Source of the DNA: a virus
Taxonomy: Duplodnaviria; Caudoviricetes
Reading direction: 5' to 3' (one strand)
DNA: 64,000 bases
Virus record (IMG/VR): IMGVR_UViG_2772190778_000001
Shown: positions 33,960 to 44,249 of the stretch, one piece after another
Position numbering within the stretch: position 1 is the stretch's first letter
Layout of the letters: every line of letters begins with the position of its first letter
Made by a program: the position numbers and the translations under genes
The notes under the pieces: model-generated
The model's input: the letters and a program-made list of their open reading frames with translations, nothing else
Told to the model about the DNA's origin: nothing
Databases searched by the model: none

Positions 33960-34657
33960 CCGCGATTGTCTCCGCTGCCCGAAAAGCCGCCTGTGCGGTC
34001 ATCTGCCGTTGGCGTGGCAGGCACGGTTGCCGTCGGCGGCGGTGTTCCGTTCTGTGATTTGCCAGCCCCCCAGAACACCGGCACCGCACCGGAGACGGCC
34101 GCATATTCCCGGCCCCGATCCGCCGGGTTGATGCGCCGTTGTGCCGAGTCCGATTTCTTGAGGGCTAGCGTGCGGGTCAGGGCGCGGGCGGCGCTGGCCA
34201 CGGTCATTTCGATTTCGGCGCTCTGGCCCTCGGCCGCGCGCGGCAAGGGCATCTCCTCGACCGACCCCTTGATCACGCGCACAGGCACGCCCACCTGCAC
34301 GGCCTTGACCGGATCGAAGAACACGCGATGCACCTCAACGGGTGCGCCAAGCAGATGATAGGTGTTCAACAGGTTCAGAACCGTGGCCGGGATGCCCGAA
34401 AACCGGATCGTGTGCATGCGCACGTTCAGACCCACCTCGCCCCGGATCGGATCAAGCCCCAGCAGCGACCCGGCAGCGGCATAGCTGCGCGCCTCTGCGC
34501 CCACCGTGAACTGGCGCACATCGAGGCCGTTCCAAAACCCTGCCGCCTCGATCAGTCCCGTGTCGCGTCGCCGGGGCTGGACCCAGACCAGATGCCGGGT
34601 AATGACGCCGGTGAGGCTGGCGAGCATGGCCTCCGTGGCGGTGCCGTAGTCGCGCAT
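33956..34657 (-). CDS. Tail tip/hub-associated protein
   Basis: FWNG, KKSDSAQRR..P.D motifs; position between distal tail and NlpC/P60 genes. Confidence 0.7.
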   Translation of the reverse strand: MRDYGTATEAMLASLTGVITRHLVWVQPRRRDTGLIEAAGFWNGLDVRQFTVGAEARSYAAAGSLLGLDPIRGEVGLNVRMHTIRFSGIPATVLNLLNTYHLLGAPVEVHRVFFDPVKAVQVGVPVRVIKGSVEEMPLPRAAEGQSAEIEMTVASAARALTRTLALKKSDSAQRRINPADRGREYAAVSGAVPVFWGAGKSQNGTPPPTATVPATPTADDRTGGFSGSGDNRG

Positions 34658-34658
34658 C

Positions 34659-35327
34659 TCAAACCCCCACGATCTGCACGAAAGAAAACTGCGCGCCTTC
34701 GGCCCTGCCAGAGCGATGCGCGCCGTAGGCCGGATTTGGTTCAAGCCGCGCCTTGATCACGGGCTTGATCAGCGTCACGGGGTCACTGACGACAACGCCG
34801 GGCTGAATGGGCGGCGTCACCTGAAGCCAGTCGGTCGTGCCGAGCGGGCCCGACTGAATATCGCTCACAACGCGGTGCAGGGCATAGCGGGTGGGGTTGC
34901 TGCCATATTGCCAGCCAATGAAATCGCCGCCGCGAAGCCAGTATTGGCTCGGCATGCCTTGCAGCTTGACCATCCGCGCATCGTTCGCGTCGAGCTGCGC
35001 AATCGTTGGCGTGGCCGCGCCGAGGATTGTCCCGGCCGGATCATCTGCCGGGTGCGTCTTGACCGGATCATGAACGAGAAACGATGCGCCCGGGGTATTG
35101 AGCACGGACAAGAGCGCGTCGATCCGGGCTGCGTCCGAGCGGTTGTTGGTGGGGGGAAGAGAAAACGATCCGCGCCAGTTGCTCTCGCCTGTCTGGGCAG
35201 GGAGCGGCACACCGCCCGCCGTGCGGTCGATCTGCATGGGCGTGTTGATATAAAATTCCGAGACCGAGATTTTCAATCTGGCCTGAAACTCCGCGAATGA
35301 AAGCGGGAATGCGAGCGGGTCTGCCAT
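34659..35327 (-). CDS. Distal tail-like protein
   Basis: Immediately after tape measure; TAATG overlap. Confidence 0.7.
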   Translation of the reverse strand: MADPLAFPLSFAEFQARLKISVSEFYINTPMQIDRTAGGVPLPAQTGESNWRGSFSLPPTNNRSDAARIDALLSVLNTPGASFLVHDPVKTHPADDPAGTILGAATPTIAQLDANDARMVKLQGMPSQYWLRGGDFIGWQYGSNPTRYALHRVVSDIQSGPLGTTDWLQVTPPIQPGVVVSDPVTLIKPVIKARLEPNPAYGAHRSGRAEGAQFSFVQIVGV

Positions 35328-37966
35328 TAGCCGCGCCTCTTGGGGTCTTTGTTGATCCGGTCGACGGCTTGCGGCAGGCCGTCGCGCATGAATTGCTTTA
35401 TGCCCATCTTCGTGACTTCAATCGCCATGTCGCGCGCGCGCTCTTCGATCACGGCGTGGAAAAGCTCGGATGGCTCGATGCGCAGGCGCGTAACGCCATT
35501 GCCCTGCGCGCCCGCACCGCCCGCCGCCGAGGCAGCACCCCCGGCCCGCGCGGCCAAGGGCAGGCCGCCTCCGGCGAAGCCCGGGATGATGGCCCCGGCA
35601 TTCATGGCCTCGAGCAGCGTGCGGTTGCGGGCTGTAGCCTCGGCCGTCATGATGAATTCCCCGGCGCTGACCAGAGCGGGGATCTTGTCGCCCCGGCCCG
35701 TGCCCGCACCCAAAAGGATGCCAGGGCGGCTGACGAGAGGATCGCCGCCGCTGGCAAAGCCGGGCAGGGCGGCGGCGGGCAGGCCGCCGTTTGCGAAGGG
35801 CAGGGACGAGCTGCCGGAAAAGAGGCCAAAGAGACCGCCGAGCGCGCCGCCATTGCCGCCGCCGAAGATCCCGCTCAGGAATCCTCCGCCGCCGCTGCCG
35901 CCAAAGAGGCCCGAGAGTGGACCGGTGCCGAGGATCAGAGCTTCCTTGGCCGCGCGGATGATCATGTCGCCAATGCCCTCCCAGACATCCCGCAGGCTTT
36001 CGGCCTCGAGCAGTACGTCGTCGACGGAGCGGCCGAATTCCTCCTTGCGCTCCAAGGCCACGCGCTCGTTTTCATGGGCCGCGATAAGGGCCTCGATCTC
36101 TTCGCGCTGCTTTGGCGTCGCGGCGGTCAGGCGTTCGCGCAGGCGGATCAACTCGCGCTGCACCGGGTCGCTCTCGCGCAGGGCCTCGATCTCGCGCCGC
36201 TTGCTCTCGATCAGGCGGTCGAGCGCCTGCTGTTCGCGCAGGGTCTCGTTGGTCGATCCGCCCCGCGCGCCGCTGGTGGAGCGCACGGGCCGGGCGAGTT
36301 CATTGAGACGCGCGGTTTCCCGGGCCAGTTCGACCACGGCGTCCCGGCGCGCGTTGAGGGCGTCGACCGTCGCCAGATCCCCGCTGGCCTCGCCCCTTAT
36401 GACGGCGGTTTCCCGGTCGAACCGCGCCCCTGCCAAGGCTCCGGCGCGGCCAATCGGATCGTCGCGGAACTCTGCCCGGATGCGGGCGTTCTCAAGCCCC
36501 ACTTCGCCCTGGGACTGTAGGTCAGCCATCGCGTCGACCGCGCCGCGCACTTCGGCCGCAAGGCGCGAGGCTTCGTCGGCGGCCGCGCGGATGCCGCCGG
36601 AAATGTCGCTCGTGGCGATCTCGAATGCGGCTTGTGCCGCCTCGCGCAGGGCGTCTTTGGTCTCCACGCTTGCGTCCGAGGCATCGGCCTCCGCAAGTGC
36701 GGCATTGAGGGCGAACTGGGCGCGCAGGCGTGTCACGGCGGCGCTGTCCGCGCCATGCTGTGCGATGGCCTCTGCAATCGCATTCTGCTCAAGCATCGTC
36801 GAGAGCAAGGCCTGCGCGGCGGCCTCGGCCTTCAATTGCTCGCCGGTGGCCTTGGTTACCAGTTCGAGGAAGGCAAGCATTTCCTCATTCTGGCGGTTTT
36901 GCGCCGGGTCTTGGGATTGAAGCTCGGCGACCTCGGCCAGCCGAAGGCGCATCTGATCCAGCGTGTCGAGGCGCGCCTGCTCCGCCTCCGAGATCTCGCC
37001 CGAGGCCTCTGCCGCGCGCGTGTAGCTTTCGATCAACGCGTCAACGGCGGCGGCTTGTTCTTCGACCGTGCCTTGGGCCGCTTCTTGTAACCCGACGAGG
37101 TCGGCCAGAACGTCATTGATCAGGCTTCGGCTCTCTCGGCGCGCACGGCCGAAGAAGATGTTACCCAGGTCGAATTCCTGCGCAAGCCGCACTTGGTCGC
37201 CGCTGTCCGGGCGGGGCAGGTTGATATTGCCCTCTTCAAGAAAGCTGGTGATCCCAGCCGCCGCCTCACGCTGCGCCGCGCGCTTTTCGGCCTCGACGAT
37301 CCGATCGAGGATGTTTTGCGCGCGCTCGACGAAGCCTTCGCCGAAGCGCTCGGCCAATTCGAGGCGCGTGGCCGAGGCCTCCGTGATCTTGTCGCGCAGG
37401 CTGTCGATGCGGGTCTCGAGCGCCTCGACGGTATCGGCAAAACTCTCGCCCTCGTCAGAAGCGGAGGTGAACCAGTTGACCAAGGCCGCCGTTGCCGCCA
37501 GCGCGCCGATGGTGATCAGATTGATCGGGCTCAGCATCGACAAGACAGCGCCGCGTAAGGCCCGGAACGCCCCCGCAGCCCCAAGCGGCCCGATCACCTG
37601 AGTGATTTGCGTGCCCTGCTGAATGGCGAGCTGAAATGGGTTTTGTCCCGCAGCCAGCATGACAAGCACATCATTGCCCTGCGAGACGAGATTGCCCATC
37701 GATCCGGCGGCGAGGCGGGTTGCGCCGGACAATTTCTGGGTTGCAGCAGCGTTGACATCCGCGGCGGCGCTGGCCGTCGTGAGACCCGTCGCCGAGGTCC
37801 GCGCTGCGGTCCCGAGTTGCCCCACCCCGCGCGCGGCCGCAGCACCTTGGGTGCCCACGCCGCGAATGTCTTGAGCCGCCCCCTTGGCGGCGGTGCCGGT
37901 GGCCTGCAGCTCCGCCTTCGCCTGATCGGCGTCCATCAGGATTTCGCCCTGGACACGCAATGTCAT
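35327..37966 (-). CDS. Tape measure protein
   Basis: 879 aa Ala-rich; LAAGQNPFQLAIQQGTQI; FA.GG repeats near C-terminus. Confidence 0.9.
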   Translation of the reverse strand: MTLRVQGEILMDADQAKAELQATGTAAKGAAQDIRGVGTQGAAAARGVGQLGTAARTSATGLTTASAAADVNAAATQKLSGATRLAAGSMGNLVSQGNDVLVMLAAGQNPFQLAIQQGTQITQVIGPLGAAGAFRALRGAVLSMLSPINLITIGALAATAALVNWFTSASDEGESFADTVEALETRIDSLRDKITEASATRLELAERFGEGFVERAQNILDRIVEAEKRAAQREAAAGITSFLEEGNINLPRPDSGDQVRLAQEFDLGNIFFGRARRESRSLINDVLADLVGLQEAAQGTVEEQAAAVDALIESYTRAAEASGEISEAEQARLDTLDQMRLRLAEVAELQSQDPAQNRQNEEMLAFLELVTKATGEQLKAEAAAQALLSTMLEQNAIAEAIAQHGADSAAVTRLRAQFALNAALAEADASDASVETKDALREAAQAAFEIATSDISGGIRAAADEASRLAAEVRGAVDAMADLQSQGEVGLENARIRAEFRDDPIGRAGALAGARFDRETAVIRGEASGDLATVDALNARRDAVVELARETARLNELARPVRSTSGARGGSTNETLREQQALDRLIESKRREIEALRESDPVQRELIRLRERLTAATPKQREEIEALIAAHENERVALERKEEFGRSVDDVLLEAESLRDVWEGIGDMIIRAAKEALILGTGPLSGLFGGSGGGGFLSGIFGGGNGGALGGLFGLFSGSSSLPFANGGLPAAALPGFASGGDPLVSRPGILLGAGTGRGDKIPALVSAGEFIMTAEATARNRTLLEAMNAGAIIPGFAGGGLPLAARAGGAASAAGGAGAQGNGVTRLRIEPSELFHAVIEERARDMAIEVTKMGIKQFMRDGLPQAVDRINKDPKRRG

Positions 37967-37967
37967 C

Positions 37968-38650
37968 TCAGCTCTCCCGCATCGCGGCCACGGCCGCGCC
38001 TTCGATCACCTGCACCTCGGCCCAAAGCTCGGGCGTGATCCGGACGCCGCTCATGCGCAGCCCCGCCCGTGCGGCCGTGTAGTCGAGGCCCACCACGCGG
38101 AACCCTGCGAGCCCGGCCGAGACGGTGCGCCACTGGTTGCAGACCGCGAGGAAGGCGCGCACGGCAGGGACATTCTGCGGCCAAACGCCAGAGCCGGGGC
38201 CGGACGGATCACGACTGAGCTGGCCCGGGTCGATCCCCCAGAAGGCTGCCTCGTCGTCATGGTCGCGCCCCTCGTCATCGCCGATCAGGTCGCCGCGCGC
38301 CCATGCCCGCCCGGCCCATTTCAGTTTTTTACCCGCTTCCCCATGATCGCCGCGTAATAGGCGTTGATCATCGCCACGCGGACGTAAGCCAGACCAATCA
38401 ACCGGTCGCGCAGGGCGTGGCTGTAGGGCAGCTTCGCGCCTTTCTCGTCCTCGACGTCGTCAAAGTCTTGAACCACGGCCCCCAGAAACTCCCGCTCGCC
38501 GCGCGCGGTGCGCATGTCGAAGCCTTCGACCTCCGCGTCGGGCAGCACACGGAAGGTGACCTGCATATCCTGCACCTCGTGGCCGCCGTCGGAGGGCACC
38601 TTGATCTCCACGCGGTGCGTGAAGGTCGGGGTTTGGTCGATCTTGAACAT
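37968..38650 (-). CDS. Tail assembly chaperone extended (gpGT-like) product via -1 frameshift; C-part DUF1799-like
   Basis: A AAA AAC before stop; -1 frame open to 37968 with VWPQN...F...NQWR...GLDY. Confidence 0.8.
38321..38650 (-). CDS. Tail assembly chaperone (gpG-like)
   Basis: Between tail tube and tape measure; ends at the slippery site. Confidence 0.85.
   Translation of the reverse strand: MFKIDQTPTFTHRVEIKVPSDGGHEVQDMQVTFRVLPDAEVEGFDMRTARGEREFLGAVVQDFDDVEDEKGAKLPYSHALRDRLIGLAYVRVAMINAYYAAIMGKRVKN
38324..38330 (-). other. -1 ribosomal frameshift heptamer A AAA AAC
   Basis: X XXY YYZ pattern in frame (GTA AAA AAC TGA). Confidence 0.8.
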
Positions 38651-38699
38651 GGGCGTGATCTCTCTTTCAAAGGGGTGTTGAAGGGGGCGTTGAACTGGC

Positions 38700-39635
38700 T
38701 CAGGTGAGGGTCATCACCCACTGGTCGGCGGCGGTGGCGGTGGTGGGCAGCGGCACGAGGCGCAGCGGCCATTCCTTGCGACCCTGTCCATCCTCGAGAC
38801 CTTCGGGGCGCTGCATCTGCGCATTGGGGGCCGCGATGTTGACGATGTTTCCGGCGGCCTTGCCGTGCTCGATCTCGACGGGCACCTTGGCTTGGGTGGC
38901 GGCCATGGCGAAGGGATCGAACGCGGCCAGCGCCACGGCCCGCACCCGCGCCTCGATGGTGTTCTCGTGCCCGTCGAGGATCACTTCCTCCTCGCCGATC
39001 AGAAACTGCGGCTCGATGCGGTTGGCGAGGGTCAGCTTGAAACTGCGCATCACCAGCGCGGTGCCGCCAATTGTGAAGACCGGCGTGTTGGTGGTGGAGG
39101 CGGCCAGCGGATCGGGAATGCCGGTGAAATCCGCCGTGGGCACCGCCACGTCGGCCGGGGCCACGTAGAGCGCGGTGAACTCGAACTCGATATAGGGAAT
39201 GCCCGAGGCCGAGACGTCAAAGGCGGCGGTACCCCGCACGCCCACCATGGCATAGAGCGTGCCGCCGATATTGAGGTGTAGCGTGACGCTCTCGAGGTTC
39301 GAATAGACGCGGTTGTAGACCACGGAGGTGCCCGGCGTCACGGTCTCGGCGCTACCACAAGCGCGCAGGAGGCATCCCCAACGGGGCGCGGTCCCGGCTG
39401 TGCCGGAGCCTGCCAGTTCGACCTTGAACGAGATCGTGCGGTGCAGATCGACCGGGATCGTGCCGGTGGGGCCGCCATGAGGCGTGTCGAGATTGCGGTC
39501 GAGGTCCTGACCCTGCATGGGCGACAGGCGCACATCGTTGGCGAGGATTGCGTCGCCGCCGGTGGGGGCAGCATCGGTGCCATAGGTGGCCTCGAGCTTC
39601 GCGAGCAAGACCTTGCGTCTCCAGAGCAGGCTCAT
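38700..39635 (-). CDS. Major tail tube protein
   Basis: 311 aa, LLAKLEATYG.D, GTAPRWG.LLRACG; no sheath gene present. Confidence 0.85.
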   Translation of the reverse strand: MSLLWRRKVLLAKLEATYGTDAAPTGGDAILANDVRLSPMQGQDLDRNLDTPHGGPTGTIPVDLHRTISFKVELAGSGTAGTAPRWGCLLRACGSAETVTPGTSVVYNRVYSNLESVTLHLNIGGTLYAMVGVRGTAAFDVSASGIPYIEFEFTALYVAPADVAVPTADFTGIPDPLAASTTNTPVFTIGGTALVMRSFKLTLANRIEPQFLIGEEEVILDGHENTIEARVRAVALAAFDPFAMAATQAKVPVEIEHGKAAGNIVNIAAPNAQMQRPEGLEDGQGRKEWPLRLVPLPTTATAADQWVMTLT

Positions 39636-39739
39636 TTCTCGGCATCCTTTTTCTGGGGTTTCGGGGTGGGCGCGGCCCGCTTCAGCGCGCCCTTGTCGTC
39701 GCGGGTGTAAGACCCGCCGGAGGTGGGGAGATTGGTCAT
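39632..39739 (-). CDS. 35-aa protein (MTNLPTSGGSYTRD...)
   Basis: Translated by hand; GAGG RBS, ATGA overlap with tail tube. Confidence 0.55.
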   Translation of the reverse strand: MTNLPTSGGSYTRDDKGALKRAAPTPKPQKKDAEK

Positions 39740-40170
39740 GTGAAGATCCTCAGTTGATCGTCGATGGAGAAATCGAGCTGATAGGCGAGCACACCGGCCC
39801 CGCTGGACACGAGATGCCCGCGTTCGAACCGGAAGACGCCGACCTCGTCGCCCGGTGCCCAGCCCGCCAAGGCGCGCACCACGCGCATCAGGAACTGGTC
39901 GATCTTGTCGAGGGAGGCGGCCCCGGTGCGGTCAAAGCTCTGCGCGAAGATCACCACGCTCGTGCGGTGGGTCAGCATCTGGCTGAAGACGCCCGAGGCG
40001 GCGTCGGGGCGGCTGCCCTGAATGCCGGAGGGAAAGACATAGGCCGCGACCGATTGCGCGGGCAGCTTCTTGGAGCGGATCAGATCGACAAAGGCGCGGC
40101 CCCCGTCGATACGACCGCCAAGCTCGGGCACCTGCGCCTCGATCCGGGTCATGACATCGTTGATGGTCAT
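39736..40170 (-). CDS. Tail terminator-like protein (Mu gp37 position)
   Basis: AL.GW.P, G.L.YQ..F motifs; position before tail tube. Confidence 0.75.
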   Translation of the reverse strand: MTINDVMTRIEAQVPELGGRIDGGRAFVDLIRSKKLPAQSVAAYVFPSGIQGSRPDAASGVFSQMLTHRTSVVIFAQSFDRTGAASLDKIDQFLMRVVRALAGWAPGDEVGVFRFERGHLVSSGAGVLAYQLDFSIDDQLRIFT

Positions 40171-40664
40171 GCGAAGACCTCGCGCAGATAGGCCTCGACG
40201 GTGCCCGCGATGTCGGTCTCGTCCTTGTCGTCAAAGCCCAGAAAGGGCCGGGCCGGGATTTCGACCTGGTCGACCATGATGAATTGGCCATTGGGGAGGG
40301 TGAAGGCCAGCTTTGCGGCGGCGTCCGCGCCGGTCGGCTCGATGAAGGCTCCGAACTGATGCGTGGCGGCATAGGGCACATTGGTGCCGATGCGCGCGGA
40401 AAAGCTATCGGCCTCTGTCACGATGCTGTCGCGCAGGCGTGTGCTGTCGACCAGCGTCTTGCCGCCGGATTCGCGCGCGCGATGCGAGATGGGCCAAACG
40501 ATGCCGCCCGGACCTTCACTCTTCTCGAACCGCTCGGAGACGGAGGTTTCCAGAACGGTGCCGATGCGGCGCATCAAAGGGGTGAGGTCGGACAAATAGC
40601 GCAGGCCATTGGCGACGGCGCTGTCAAAGTCGAGACTGTCGAGGCTGACGGTGAGGGTGACCAT
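40167..40664 (-). CDS. Phage virion morphogenesis protein (Mu gpG-like)
   Basis: L.DS.RLRDSI, IGTNV.YAATHQFG, IPARPFLG. Confidence 0.9.
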   Translation of the reverse strand: MVTLTVSLDSLDFDSAVANGLRYLSDLTPLMRRIGTVLETSVSERFEKSEGPGGIVWPISHRARESGGKTLVDSTRLRDSIVTEADSFSARIGTNVPYAATHQFGAFIEPTGADAAAKLAFTLPNGQFIMVDQVEIPARPFLGFDDKDETDIAGTVEAYLREVFA

Positions 40665-40665
40665 C

Positions 40666-41091
40666 TCAGAACCCCTTGAGGCTGTCGCGGCTGAAGGTGG
40701 CCTGCGGCGCGCTGATCTGCGGCAGCTGTGGATTGCCGGGGCCGGTATCGGCGGGCGTCTCGTCGCCGAGCGAGGCCTCGCCCCGGCGCACCTCGCGCAA
40801 GAAGCTGAGGGCGGCGTCATAGCCTTCCTTGGCCCCGTCATAGGCGGCGGCCCGCGCGCCCAAGAGGCGATGCCAGGCAATCGCGGCGGCGTGCATCGTG
40901 AGCGCGCGCGGGGGGGTGTCTGCGTTGTAAAGCCCCGCGACATAGCTTTCGGTGACCGACACGGCATCGTCGATGGCCACTTGCAGAACGCCCATATCCA
41001 CGACGCCGGGCGCTGCGCCCTGTGCCGTGATCTCAGCCAAAAAGCCCTCGCCGTAGCGGTCGATCATATCCTGTGCGCTGAGATAGGGCAT
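40666..41091 (-). CDS. Mu gp36-like head-tail connector (DUF1320)
   Basis: Y.S..DM..RYG, AI.DA....SY, Y..A..FL..V..G...LG. Confidence 0.88.
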   Translation of the reverse strand: MPYLSAQDMIDRYGEGFLAEITAQGAAPGVVDMGVLQVAIDDAVSVTESYVAGLYNADTPPRALTMHAAAIAWHRLLGARAAAYDGAKEGYDAALSFLREVRRGEASLGDETPADTGPGNPQLPQISAPQATFSRDSLKGF

Positions 41092-41115
41092 GTCCGCCTC
41101 CGGCTTGGGTGTAGG

Positions 41116-41141
41116 GGTGCCGGTCTCTCCCGGCTGTCACG
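41116..41141 (-). other. Second copy of the conserved hairpin element
   Basis: Identical to 49-74. Confidence 0.5.
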
Positions 41142-41175
41142 CCTGATCCTTGGCGGCGTCCCCTTGGGGGTATTC

Positions 41176-41532
41176 TCAGGAACCCGCGCCAGCGGCGGCC
41201 TGCATCTCGGCCCAGACCGCATCCCGCACACCGGCGGTGATCTGGTCGCCGAGGCCCGGGGCTGCGTCCTGCAACGCCTTGACGCGTGGCTTGCCGCTCT
41301 TGTCGAAGGCGTCGCCCGGCAGGGCTTTGACGGCCTCGCTCAAGGCCACGCGCAGCGCGTCGTCGAGGACAGGCGGCGGCGCGGTGTCAGCCCCTCCGTC
41401 AGTCTCTTCGATTGCGCCCAGGGCCAGAAGGCGCGCGATCTGCGCCGCGCTGCCGATCTCTTGCGCGGGGTGGGTCGATCCCGCCTCAAGCCGCGAGGCC
41501 GCGATCACGGTGCGTTTGATGAGATAGCTCAT
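41176..41532 (-). CDS. Head-associated hypothetical protein (Mu gp35 position)
   Basis: Homolog of 201-557. Confidence 0.8.
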   Translation of the reverse strand: MSYLIKRTVIAASRLEAGSTHPAQEIGSAAQIARLLALGAIEETDGGADTAPPPVLDDALRVALSEAVKALPGDAFDKSGKPRVKALQDAAPGLGDQITAGVRDAVWAEMQAAAGAGS

Positions 41533-42488
41533 GCTGCGTCCTCGATCAGATACCCGGTGGCGGGGGCGGCGATGACTTCGCGGAGCTGCTCGCCCACACG
41601 CAGGGTGGTGGCGCCTTTAAGGCCCACTTTGGGATCGAAGAAACGCCCCGAGACGCGGCCGTCGAATTGCGCGGTCCAGCCCCAAGCAGGGGCGGTACCA
41701 TCCGGACCGGCCTGTGTGTTGCGGTGGAGGAGGGCGATATTGCCGCCCCAGACCTTCTCGAAGGCCGCCGTCTGACCCTTGCGGGCGGCGTTGATATAGC
41801 TGTCGCCCACGAGGATTTCCGACAGCTCGAAGAGCTCGGCCACAGCCTCGCGGCTGGCGCGGCCCTTGTCGCCCGAGGTTCGGTTGATCGCCTTCAGGAT
41901 ATCGGGATGGGTCGAGAGCGCGGTCCAGGCCTTGCGTCCCATGGCGGCCACGTTGGGGCGCATGATGAAGGTGGCATCAAGGGCGGCAGAGATCACACCG
42001 ATGGGGTCGGACGCAGAATCGGAGAACTGACCCGCGCCGGACAGCACCACCTTCTTGTCCGCGTCATAATTGGCCGCATCCTGCACCATGGCGGCCACGC
42101 GCTTTTCGCGGTCGAGCTGGATCAGATGGGTAAGGCCCTCTACGGCGCGCGCCTCGGGATCGAAGGCCGAGTTGCCAGCGGCGCGGAGCGCCCGGGCGGC
42201 CTCGATGTCACGCTGCGGCACCACGTCGTCGAGACCGTAGTCCTTGACCGAGGAGGTCTTTTCTTCGCCGGTGAACTCGACCTGTTGGACCAGACCTTTG
42301 CGGCCCACTTCCGTATTGGGCACGGTGAACATCTGTTCAGGCGGATAATAGGTCCATTTGAAATCCATCCCCATGACCGGCACGCGCGGCATGACCTGAT
42401 CGGCGATGAAGGAGATATCGGGGTTGCGGTAGTTGACGGCGATGGCGGTCAGAACCGGATCGACGACAAAGGGGGTGGGGGTGCTCAT
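41529..42488 (-). CDS. Major capsid protein
   Basis: Homolog of 554-1513. Confidence 0.9.
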   Translation of the reverse strand: MSTPTPFVVDPVLTAIAVNYRNPDISFIADQVMPRVPVMGMDFKWTYYPPEQMFTVPNTEVGRKGLVQQVEFTGEEKTSSVKDYGLDDVVPQRDIEAARALRAAGNSAFDPEARAVEGLTHLIQLDREKRVAAMVQDAANYDADKKVVLSGAGQFSDSASDPIGVISAALDATFIMRPNVAAMGRKAWTALSTHPDILKAINRTSGDKGRASREAVAELFELSEILVGDSYINAARKGQTAAFEKVWGGNIALLHRNTQAGPDGTAPAWGWTAQFDGRVSGRFFDPKVGLKGATTLRVGEQLREVIAAPATGYLIEDAA

Positions 42489-42507
42489 GGATCAGCGCTC
42501 CTAAAGA

Positions 42508-42873
42508 TCAGGTGACGGAGTGACGGGCAATCGCCACGTCGATGATGTCGCCAGCCACGCCCGCCTGCAGCGCGTAGCCGACGGCGATGTTTCCGGCCCC
42601 GGCAGCGGCGGCGACGCCAAGGCCCGAGGCGTCCGACGCGATGGGCGCACCGGCGGCAACCGTGCCCGCAAGCTCGAGCTCGGCCGAGCCGGACATGATC
42701 ACGTCCTGAAGGTCGCCCGGCTTTGCGTCGAGCTGGTCCGAGATGCCAATCGCGAGATTGGTCGCGGCGGCGGCCACGAGGATGCCGCCCGCCGCACCGA
42801 ACTTGACGATCCGGCGACCGGGCACCGCCGCTTCGGCGGTGTAGGATTTGATGAACGCTCCGGGGTTAGGCAT
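42508..42873 (-). CDS. DUF2190-like capsid cement protein
   Basis: Homolog of 1533-1898. Confidence 0.75.
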   Translation of the reverse strand: MPNPGAFIKSYTAEAAVPGRRIVKFGAAGGILVAAAATNLAIGISDQLDAKPGDLQDVIMSGSAELELAGTVAAGAPIASDASGLGVAAAAGAGNIAVGYALQAGVAGDIIDVAIARHSVT

Positions 42874-43951
42874 TGTCGGCCTCCATGGTTTCCTCGATCT
42901 GGCGCGCAGCCTCGGCAAAGCTCAGCGTGCGGCCCTCGGCCTCTGCGTCCTTGATCAGGCGCTTGGCGGCGGCGGTGATGTCGTCTGACCCTTTGACCTG
43001 CGGCGGGGTGGCACCGCCCGCCCGCTCGCTGAAGTCGATCAGCGGCTTGGTCTGCTTTGAGAGCAGATCGCGGAACCACGCGCGCGGGCTGGCGCTCTTG
43101 CCTTCGGCAAAGGCCACCTCGTCTTGCGCGTCGAGGCTTTCCATGAACGCGGCAAGCTCGTCCTTGAGGCCGGGTGCGATGCGGCCGTCCTTGACCAGGG
43201 CCTCGACCAGGGCGGCATCCTCGGCGCGGCGCGTCTTGTTCAGGGCCTCGGCGAAGGCGGCTTCCTTCGCGTCGAGTTCGGCCGCGCGCGCATCGAGCGC
43301 GGCTTGGCGGTCTTCGGGGGTTTGCGTGTCCTTGCCGGACATGGCGGTCTCTCCTTTTTGGGGTTCGGCGAATGGGGTTTGCGCGGTCTCAGGCGCGCCT
43401 GCGGCGTCGCGGAGCGCCTCTTGGCCTGCGGGGGTGCGTGCCCAGGACAGGACGGCGGCAATCGCGCCTTTCAGGGCGTCCGCGAAACTGGCGGCGGGCG
43501 CGTCCTCTTCCGAGAAGGCGATCTCGAGGGTCACGACCTCGGCGTCCTCGGCGAACTCGGCCGCCTTGAGGCCCTTCACGGCGGGGGGCTGTGCGCCCAG
43601 AAACCCCACATGCTTCAGGTAATAGGTGCCGGGGGTCGGGTTCGCGGCGGATTGAGGAGGATAGAACGAGGCGCTGATCCGCTTGAAGCGGCCCGCGCGC
43701 ACCATCTCGGCGAAGGCAGGCTCCACCTGGTCAGGCTCTGCAAAAAGCTCGGCCCCGTCGGCGCGCAAGCGTTTGACCCAGCCATAGGCCGGGGCATCGG
43801 TGCGAGGATGGCCCACGACAATGGGGGCCTCATGGAGGGCGGGATCATAGGCGGCGGCGATGCCCTCGACCTCGGCTTCGGAAAACTCGAAGCTCTGCCC
43901 GGATTGGGCGGTGTGGCGGCCAGCGCGGAAGATGTGAAGCGGTTTTGTCAT
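42866..43951 (-). CDS. Mu gpI-like prohead protease/scaffold (internal start at 43342)
   Basis: Same motifs as 1891-2976. Confidence 0.92.
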   Translation of the reverse strand: MTKPLHIFRAGRHTAQSGQSFEFSEAEVEGIAAAYDPALHEAPIVVGHPRTDAPAYGWVKRLRADGAELFAEPDQVEPAFAEMVRAGRFKRISASFYPPQSAANPTPGTYYLKHVGFLGAQPPAVKGLKAAEFAEDAEVVTLEIAFSEEDAPAASFADALKGAIAAVLSWARTPAGQEALRDAAGAPETAQTPFAEPQKGETAMSGKDTQTPEDRQAALDARAAELDAKEAAFAEALNKTRRAEDAALVEALVKDGRIAPGLKDELAAFMESLDAQDEVAFAEGKSASPRAWFRDLLSKQTKPLIDFSERAGGATPPQVKGSDDITAAAKRLIKDAEAEGRTLSFAEAARQIEETMEADNA

Positions 43952-44249
43952 GACCCGACATTAAGCCGGGGCGACGGGCCAGATCAGATGAAGGGCTTCA
44001 GGGGAAAGGGTGGGGCGCTGCGCGTGCCGCCTTGGGTGAGACTAGCGCCCTCTGAGGGCAGGCGGCAAGCCCGGAATGCAAACGGCCCCAGAACGGCCCG
44101 CTGAGTGCGCTTCCGGCTCTGGCGGGGGTTGGGTCGCAAAATCGCCGAGGGGGGTATTAAATGGGTATTTAATGAGGCGCTGAGAGGCCATTGCGTCTGG
44201 CGGGGTCGGTTGCAGGTGCGCCCGCGCGGTCAAACAGCCCCAAATTGCC

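Noticed and set aside
33576-42488. Gene transfer agent cluster
   Set aside because: The 3-TM holin and simple tail are GTA-like, but the portal, terminase, MuF, MuA/MuB and ends are Mu-type.
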